This document shows, in pieces, positions 16,905-23,735 of a stretch of DNA of 41,082 bases. This DNA comes from a virus. The stretch covers positions 1 to 41,082 of IMG/VR virus record IMGVR_UViG_3300030238_000004. One strand, given 5' to 3'. Positions within the stretch are counted from its first letter, which is position 1. Each line of letters starts with the position of its first letter. Under the pieces are notes generated by a model that made no database searches, was not told the DNA's origin, and saw only the letters and a list, made by a program, of their open reading frames with translations. Position numbers and translations under genes: made by a program.

Positions 16905-17558
16905 TTAGAAGTCTTCATCTTCTTCTGGTGTTTCTTCTTCTTCTTCGTAGCCATTAGACTCAGCGAACTCATCTTTAGGTTTGTCTTGAGCTATATAACC
17001 ACCAGACATTTCATCGTCATCACCACCACCGAAGGTATCGTTACCACCAGCTTGATATTCAACAAGGTCTTTAAGTTGGAACTTAGACAATTGAAGTTTA
17101 ACAGAAGCACCTACAGCACCACTTGGAGTGTAAGCAAATAAGCTGAACTCAACTTTACCAGTAGAGCCACCAGAGATATTAGGAACATCCATGATGCGCT
17201 TACCTTGGCTATCGTAAACACGTAGAGTTAGTTCTTTGTGTTCACCTGTAGATTGGTCTTTGAATGAACCATACATCTTGAACGTGAAGATTACATTACC
17301 TTCATCGTCTTCAAAGAATGGCATGCCACCTTCCTTGATACGCTTACCTTTGAACTTAGGGTTAGCTTTTAGCTTCGCCATGTTCTCTTGATGAGCTTTG
17401 TCGATTAGGTTGATAAGACCTTGAGCTTTGTCAGATGGTACTGCAAGTTTGATGCGGTATTCACCACGGTCATTGTACTGAGTATCAGGACGCTGAATGT
17501 AAGCGTATGGTTGAACTGTGCCAAGTGGAGTAGTGTAAAATTTCTTATCTGAAGCCAT
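16905..17558 (-). CDS. Single-stranded DNA-binding protein (T7 gp2.5-like)
   Basis: ORF 16905..17648 trimmed to ATG 17558 (AAGGAGA RBS). PLGTVQPYAYIQRPD, GGMPFFEDDEGN, AVGASVKLQL and an acidic tail ending EDEDF, as in T7. Confidence 0.9.
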   Translation of the reverse strand: MASDKKFYTTPLGTVQPYAYIQRPDTQYNDRGEYRIKLAVPSDKAQGLINLIDKAHQENMAKLKANPKFKGKRIKEGGMPFFEDDEGNVIFTFKMYGSFKDQSTGEHKELTLRVYDSQGKRIMDVPNISGGSTGKVEFSLFAYTPSGAVGASVKLQLSKFQLKDLVEYQAGGNDTFGGGDDDEMSGGYIAQDKPKDEFAESNGYEEEEETPEEDEDF

Positions 17559-17605
17559 GATGTTTCTCCTTATGAGATTGACAGGGAATAGTGTGGAACT
17601 GATTG

Positions 17606-17628
17606 TGTCCCAATAGTGGGTGTTAATT
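17606..17628 (-). promoter_or_regulatory. Phage RNAP promoter variant (T at -1) upstream of SSB
   Basis: AATTAACACCCACTATTGGGACA. Confidence 0.6.
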
Positions 17629-17637
17629 ACAATCATA

Positions 17638-17660
17638 AAGCCCACCATATAGATGAGCTT
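17638..17660 (-). promoter_or_regulatory. Conserved intergenic stem-loop (RNase III-site-like)
   Basis: RNA AAGCUCAUC-UAUAU-GGUGGGCUU, 9 bp. Confidence 0.55.
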
Positions 17661-17684
17661 GAGTTTGTAACTTACAGTAGAGCT

Positions 17685-17798
17685 TTAGCTTTCGCTTTGA
17701 GCTTCATCAGCAGCTTTAGTTTTCTTATCAGCTTTAAGAGCTTCTTTAGCCAGTGACTTTACGGTTGCTTTTAGTACGAAATTAAAGATTGTTTCCAC
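17685..17798 (-). CDS. Possible small ORF (37 aa, GTG start)
   Basis: GTG 17798 after AGGAGA of the promoter transcript. (M)ETIFNFVLKATVKSLAKEALKADKKTKAADEAQSES. Weak: non-ATG start and long spacer. Confidence 0.3.
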   Translation of the reverse strand: METIFNFVLKATVKSLAKEALKADKKTKAADEAQSES

Positions 17799-17807
17799 AT
17801 GATATGG

Positions 17808-17830
17808 TTCTCCTATAGTGGGTGTTAATT
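17808..17830 (-). promoter_or_regulatory. Phage RNAP promoter
   Basis: AATTAACACCCACTATAGGAGAA. Confidence 0.85.
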
Positions 17831-17837
17831 AAGAATT

Positions 17838-19872
<2,035 letters not shown>

Positions 19873-20091
19873 AGAGCCTCCAATTCACGTTTGTAATGAG
19901 TACCTAACATGACACAAGCACTATGTCCAATATTAAAAGGCATAGACCTATGATGGTCATAAGGTAGCTGGTGGATAAATCTGTATGATTCTTTAGTAAG
20001 GCGGTCAATTAAGACCACCTCAATAGTATCAATCAAGAAGCTGTCTTGGAAGACTTTAACTTCAAGGTCGTTAATGAAATCACGCATGGTT

Positions 20092-20114
20092 CATTCCTAT
20101 AGTGGGTGTTAATT
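20092..20114 (-). promoter_or_regulatory. Phage RNAP promoter
   Basis: AATTAACACCCACTATAGGAATG. Confidence 0.8.
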
Positions 20115-20116
20115 GG

Positions 20117-20506
20117 TTACTTAAAGCGTATCTGTGGGATACCACCATTCTGACAAACTTCGATAAGTTCACCAGTAGCAGCCATAGCAAGCATAGTAGA
20201 TGCAGACTTCTTGGTTAACTTCAGGTAGGCATAGACCATACGCTTGAAGTTAGCATGAAGAAACTCTTTCTCAAAACGATAAACGTTATGCTTAAAATGG
20301 AACAATGGAGTACCACTACGAGCCATTTCTACAAGAGCAACTTCACGAAGCAGTTCTTCGATAGAGTTACGTTGTTGAGTCGTCATGATACGCTCAAAGA
20401 GAACACCAGCGATACCAGATTTAACTGAATGAGCATAGTTGTTCATATGTAGAAACCCATCAGGCTTAGAGCGATAACCACCTTGTTTCATATTTGGGAA
20501 TGACAT
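20117..20506 (-). CDS. Hypothetical protein (129 aa)
   Basis: ORF 20117..20539 trimmed to ATG 20506 (TAGGAG RBS). No motif recognised. Confidence 0.55.
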   Translation of the reverse strand: MSFPNMKQGGYRSKPDGFLHMNNYAHSVKSGIAGVLFERIMTTQQRNSIEELLREVALVEMARSGTPLFHFKHNVYRFEKEFLHANFKRMVYAYLKLTKKSASTMLAMAATGELIEVCQNGGIPQIRFK

Positions 20507-20668
20507 AATTAGTCTCCTATTATTCGTCGATTGATTCAATCCAAAGGTCTTTCTTCACTACACGAGGTCGATGACCAGAATTACGTTTAGCCTTTTGATG
20601 AGCTTCTTGTTCTTTCCAGTTACGAGTCTTTTCTTTACGTTTAGTGTTCTTTACGAATGTCATGATTT

Positions 20669-20691
20669 AGTTTCCTATAGTGGGTGTTAAT
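20669..20691 (-). promoter_or_regulatory. Phage RNAP promoter
   Basis: AATTAACACCCACTATAGGAAAC. Confidence 0.8.
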
Positions 20692-20704
20692 TAAGATTAT
20701 TCAT

Positions 20705-20727
20705 AAAGCCCACCTTAAAGATGAGCT
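20705..20727 (-). promoter_or_regulatory. Conserved intergenic stem-loop (RNase III-site-like)
   Basis: RNA AAGCUCAUC-UUUAA-GGUGGGCUU. Part of a ~60-bp module that is near-identical to 12944-13005. Confidence 0.55.
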
Positions 20728-20732
20728 TGAGT

Positions 20733-20755
20733 ATATTCCTATAGTGGGTGTTAAA
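20733..20755 (-). promoter_or_regulatory. Phage RNAP promoter overlapping the HNH stop codon
   Basis: TTTTAACACCCACTATAGGAATA. Confidence 0.75.
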
Positions 20756-21185
20756 ATGGTAAAGCAAGATGCGCTTCTTCTTCAGTCTCGAAGAAACCAT
20801 AATGTTTACCTTTGAAACGAGCTTGCCATTTACCTTTCTGTTTATTCCAGATTACATAATCAAAGCGTGATTGTTTCTCAGAGCTATTACTACGGTTTCT
20901 GTTATTAGCAGACCGTGTAGTTTCTCTTAGATTTTCAATACGATTATCATGTTTAATACGGTTAATGTGGTCAAGGTCTTTCTCAGGTAATTCACCATAA
21001 TAAAGACACCAAGCTACTCTGTGAGCTAATAATGTCTTCTGCTCACCATTAACAGTTGTTGTTGTTAAGTGAAGATAACCTAAACCATTCTTACAGGTAA
21101 CAGGTTTTCCACAACGCTTCTTAGTGATAATCCCAGTGATAGGGTCATAAGAATAACGTTCATGGATTATCTTAACTATGGTCAT
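20751..21185 (-). CDS. HNH homing endonuclease (HNH + AP2-like C-terminal domain)
   Basis: LLAHRVAWCLYYGELPEKDLDHINRIKHDNRIENLR...N, then GKWQARFKGKHYGFFETEEEA. Confidence 0.85.
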   Translation of the reverse strand: MTIVKIIHERYSYDPITGIITKKRCGKPVTCKNGLGYLHLTTTTVNGEQKTLLAHRVAWCLYYGELPEKDLDHINRIKHDNRIENLRETTRSANNRNRSNSSEKQSRFDYVIWNKQKGKWQARFKGKHYGFFETEEEAHLALPF

Positions 21186-21354
21186 GGTAGACCTTCGGGC
21201 GTACTCTTACGACTTCGATACCATGTTTTGCATAAGTTTCATCAGCCCATTCACGAGCTTCATCAAGGTCTTTAGCGAAGATTGGCACTTCAGTTTCACC
21301 ACACATGTTACCCAGTTGGATATGCACGATAAATTGTTTATCACGATTAGACAT
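21172..21354 (-). CDS. Host RNA polymerase inhibitor (T7 gp2-like)
   Basis: 60 aa. TEVPIFAKDLDEAREWADETYAKHGIEVVRVRPKV parallels T7 gp2 [35 protein letters not shown], including the RVRP arginines. Confidence 0.7.
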   Translation of the reverse strand: MSNRDKQFIVHIQLGNMCGETEVPIFAKDLDEAREWADETYAKHGIEVVRVRPKVYHDHS

Positions 21355-21360
21355 AATGTT

Positions 21361-21383
21361 GTCTCCTATAGTGGGTGTTAATT
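21361..21383 (-). promoter_or_regulatory. Phage RNAP promoter
   Basis: AATTAACACCCACTATAGGAGAC; the ATG of the gp2-like gene lies 12 nt after +1. Confidence 0.85.
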
Positions 21384-22107
21384 AATTAAAAGGGCTATTG
21401 ATATAATCTTTAATAGCTACATCATATTGAGTCTTTAAGTGTTGTTTGTTACCAAACTCGTTGACAAACACATGGTCATAATTGAAGTGTTTTGCATGTT
21501 CTTCAATAGGATGAGGTGTGCGATTACTTACAGGGAAACCATCAGTCTTCACCAAGATACTTAAAGCATCATATAGGTCTACTAATAAGTCGAACTCTTT
21601 AGGGTCACGCACATCAGTAATGATAACTAAATCAACATCACCATTGTCTTCCCAATGAGCTAATTGTTCCCACACAAAGTCAATCCACTTCATATCTTTA
21701 CCTAAATGGTCTTTCGTGAAGTTATTGCCATAGTGTTGTAGATGGAAGCGTAAAGAACGGCTTGCTGTTAATTCAACAGGGTCATTCTTAAACATATCAC
21801 CTAAGAAGTTACGGTAAGTTCGGTTAAATGTACAAATACAATGACTCGATGCGCTGGTGGTGGACAATTTGTTAATAGCAAAAGCTGGATGGTCGATATC
21901 CTTAGCGGAATTAAGTACCATCTTTCTCAGTTCTTTCTCATGGAATGTTGTATCACGACCTTTAAATAGGCTTACAACTTCATTACGTAGAGCATCACCA
22001 AAGGCGATACGCTTAATGTTTAGATTATGGTGAACTTCTTGAATGTAGTCAGCCAGTGTATCTTTACCTGACTGCGGAGTAAGTGCTGATAATGAAATAA
22101 CTTTCAT
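21382..22107 (-). CDS. dNMP kinase (T4 gp1-like)
   Basis: MKVISLSALTPQSGKDTLADYI parallels T4 gp1 MKLIFLSGVKRSGKDTTADFI. SLRFHLQHYGNNF and LVIITDVRDPKEFD also align with recalled T4 gp1 segments. Confidence 0.65.
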   Translation of the reverse strand: MKVISLSALTPQSGKDTLADYIQEVHHNLNIKRIAFGDALRNEVVSLFKGRDTTFHEKELRKMVLNSAKDIDHPAFAINKLSTTSASSHCICTFNRTYRNFLGDMFKNDPVELTASRSLRFHLQHYGNNFTKDHLGKDMKWIDFVWEQLAHWEDNGDVDLVIITDVRDPKEFDLLVDLYDALSILVKTDGFPVSNRTPHPIEEHAKHFNYDHVFVNEFGNKQHLKTQYDVAIKDYINSPFN

Positions 22108-22146
22108 GATTAAAATCCTATGTTGTTGTTTATATAAGCGATTACC

Positions 22147-22470
22147 TTAGCTTGTCCCTCTGTCTGTCTCGAAGTAACCAAGGCTTGTTGTTGTTATTGT
22201 TTTACCATTCTCAGTGCGTTCTACTCTCCATTTACCAGAGGCTTTATGGAATGTACAAGGTTTACGTCTATGTGGTCTGTTTCTAAACCATCAGGTATTT
22301 CTCCGTAATGAAGTTCCCCAAATAATTTGATGAACAGCACGAATCTTACCTTTAGCGAAAACACGCCAGTAACCTCTTTTGGTTTGACTACCAGCATTAC
22401 CTTTATGCTGACCATCTAACCGATATAAGCAAGATGGACTTGAGGTTTCATATCGGAAGATGTTCTTCAT
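22147..22470 (-). pseudogene. Decayed HNH homing endonuclease (frameshifted, catalytic core deleted)
   Basis: ATG 22470 gives MKNIFRYETSSPSCLYRL...AVHQIIWG and then shifts at a GGGG run. ELHYGEIPDGLETDHID is in frame 2 (track ORF 22221..22415) and KASGKWRVERTENGK..LGYFETD is in frame 3. The segment between DHID and GKW is missing. Confidence 0.7.
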
Positions 22471-22476
22471 AATGTT

Positions 22477-22499
22477 GTCTCCTATAGTGGGTGTTAATT
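22477..22499 (-). promoter_or_regulatory. Phage RNAP promoter
   Basis: AATTAACACCCACTATAGGAGAC. Confidence 0.85.
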
Positions 22500-23481
22500 A
22501 AGATTTGATACCTTCAGAGCCTTCCATATCACGCCAGCGTTGGAATGATGGATGACGTAGCGAACCACTTGGTGTCATCTCCATGTACTTCACTTGAGCT
22601 TGGCGACCATTGAAAGAGTCTTCACCGTGTTGTTCAACATGATAAGTCCATTGGTTCATTTCAAATTGAGAGGCATTGTTAGCATCAACTACAGAACCAG
22701 ATTCAAGTAAGACTTGGAAACCGATAACTTTACCTTCATTAGATAAACCTTCAGTACCCCAATTGATACCAACTACAACACCATCAGCTTCATCTTCAGG
22801 CTTCATCTTGAACCAACCAGTTTTCTTACCACGTTTCCAGCGACACATAGGGTCTTTAATAACAAGACCTTCATGACCAGCTTCACGCTTTGCATTATAT
22901 AAGGCTTCAAGTTCACTCATGTGGTAAACGTCATGAGATTCTGCAAGATGCCATGAAAGTTCAGGGAACAATTCTTTTACTTGATGAATCAACACTTCAG
23001 TTTGCATCTGCATAACACAAGTAGAAACTGGAATGTCTGCTTTAGTGTCTGCCTTAATAGCTTCAAGCGAAAGGATACCATAAATCATGTATTCCAATTG
23101 TGAAGCCTTGATAGGAGTCTTACGACGAAGTAAGCCACTACCAGTATTAAAATCAACACCTTTAACCATCACTTCACCATCAATCATAAGACCAGCAGGG
23201 TATAGGGATTCAGCTAATAGTTGACCTAAAAGAACTCGATAAGCTTCAGTTGAGAATAGTTCACGTAAAGACGGAATCACTTTGTTTGTACGAGATAAAG
23301 CATATAGACGAGCACTTGGCTTGCCTTGAATGTCTTCCGCAGGAACGATACATAAGTGACATCTTAAACCGTCATATTTCGTTTGAACGATTAGAGAACC
23401 ACTGTTAGCCAATGCTTTTTCGATAGCAGATTGTTTGTAGTTCACAGCTTTAAAAGGGTTAATGTTGATGTTAATATTCAT
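22498..23481 (-). CDS. ATP-dependent DNA ligase (T7 gp1.3-like)
   Basis: Adenylation motif TKYDGLRCH (KxDG), EGLVIKD, and C-terminal LRHPSFQRWR. Confidence 0.9.
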   Translation of the reverse strand: MNINININPFKAVNYKQSAIEKALANSGSLIVQTKYDGLRCHLCIVPAEDIQGKPSARLYALSRTNKVIPSLRELFSTEAYRVLLGQLLAESLYPAGLMIDGEVMVKGVDFNTGSGLLRRKTPIKASQLEYMIYGILSLEAIKADTKADIPVSTCVMQMQTEVLIHQVKELFPELSWHLAESHDVYHMSELEALYNAKREAGHEGLVIKDPMCRWKRGKKTGWFKMKPEDEADGVVVGINWGTEGLSNEGKVIGFQVLLESGSVVDANNASQFEMNQWTYHVEQHGEDSFNGRQAQVKYMEMTPSGSLRHPSFQRWRDMEGSEGIKS

Positions 23482-23514
23482 AATATTCTCCGAATGAGTT
23501 GTTTGTTTGTGGAT

Positions 23515-23537
23515 TATTCCTATAGTGGGTGTTAATT
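23515..23537 (-). promoter_or_regulatory. Phage RNAP promoter (proximal of a tandem pair upstream of ligase)
   Basis: AATTAACACCCACTATAGGAATA. Confidence 0.8.
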
Positions 23538-23646
23538 ATATCCCTGTAACCTTTCATCACCAACCCGTAACAATAACCCTCTTACAGTACACACATACAC
23601 ACTATGAGGAGGACTTAAAGATAACATATAGTAACCTTTAGTCCCC
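23538..23646 (-). repeat. Copy L of a dispersed direct repeat (partner 29781-29930)
   Basis: atccctgtaacctttcatcaccaacccgtaac + aataaccctcttacagtacacac...tatgaggaggacttaaagataacatatagtaacctttagtcccc both recur at the right end, with a few substitutions and indels. Confidence 0.85.
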
Positions 23647-23669
23647 TCTCCCTATAGTGGGTGTTAATT
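23647..23669 (-). promoter_or_regulatory. Phage RNAP promoter (consensus; distal of the tandem pair)
   Basis: AATTAACACCCACTATAGGGAGA followed by GGGGACTAAAGG. Confidence 0.9.
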
Positions 23670-23674
23670 CCCTC

Positions 23675-23692
23675 AAAACCAAAACCAAAACC
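23675..23692. repeat. (AAAACC)3 tandem repeat
   Basis: aaaaccaaaaccaaaacc, between the terminator and the promoter pair. Confidence 0.9.
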
Positions 23693-23701
23693 GTAGGAAC
23701 G

Positions 23702-23729
23702 CAAAAAGCCCCATCCGAAGACAGGGCTT
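23702..23729 (-). terminator. Rho-independent terminator immediately after the RNAP gene (early terminator TE analogue)
   Basis: RNA AGCCCUGUC-UUCG-GAUGGGGCU followed by UUUUUG. It starts ~7 nt after the RNAP stop. Confidence 0.75.
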
Positions 23730-23735
23730 AAAGTA

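Noticed and set aside
16728-17141. + strand ORFs inside - strand genes (also 1121-1330, 2917-3150, 12936-13259, 14142-14441, 15760-16101, 18676-19026, 24037-24390, 26980-27444, 33535-33997, 39943-40482 and others)
   Set aside because: All are antisense shadows of well-supported genes. They lack RBS or promoter and have biased low-complexity composition. Even the single + strand promoter at 26616-26638 is not followed by a convincing ORF.
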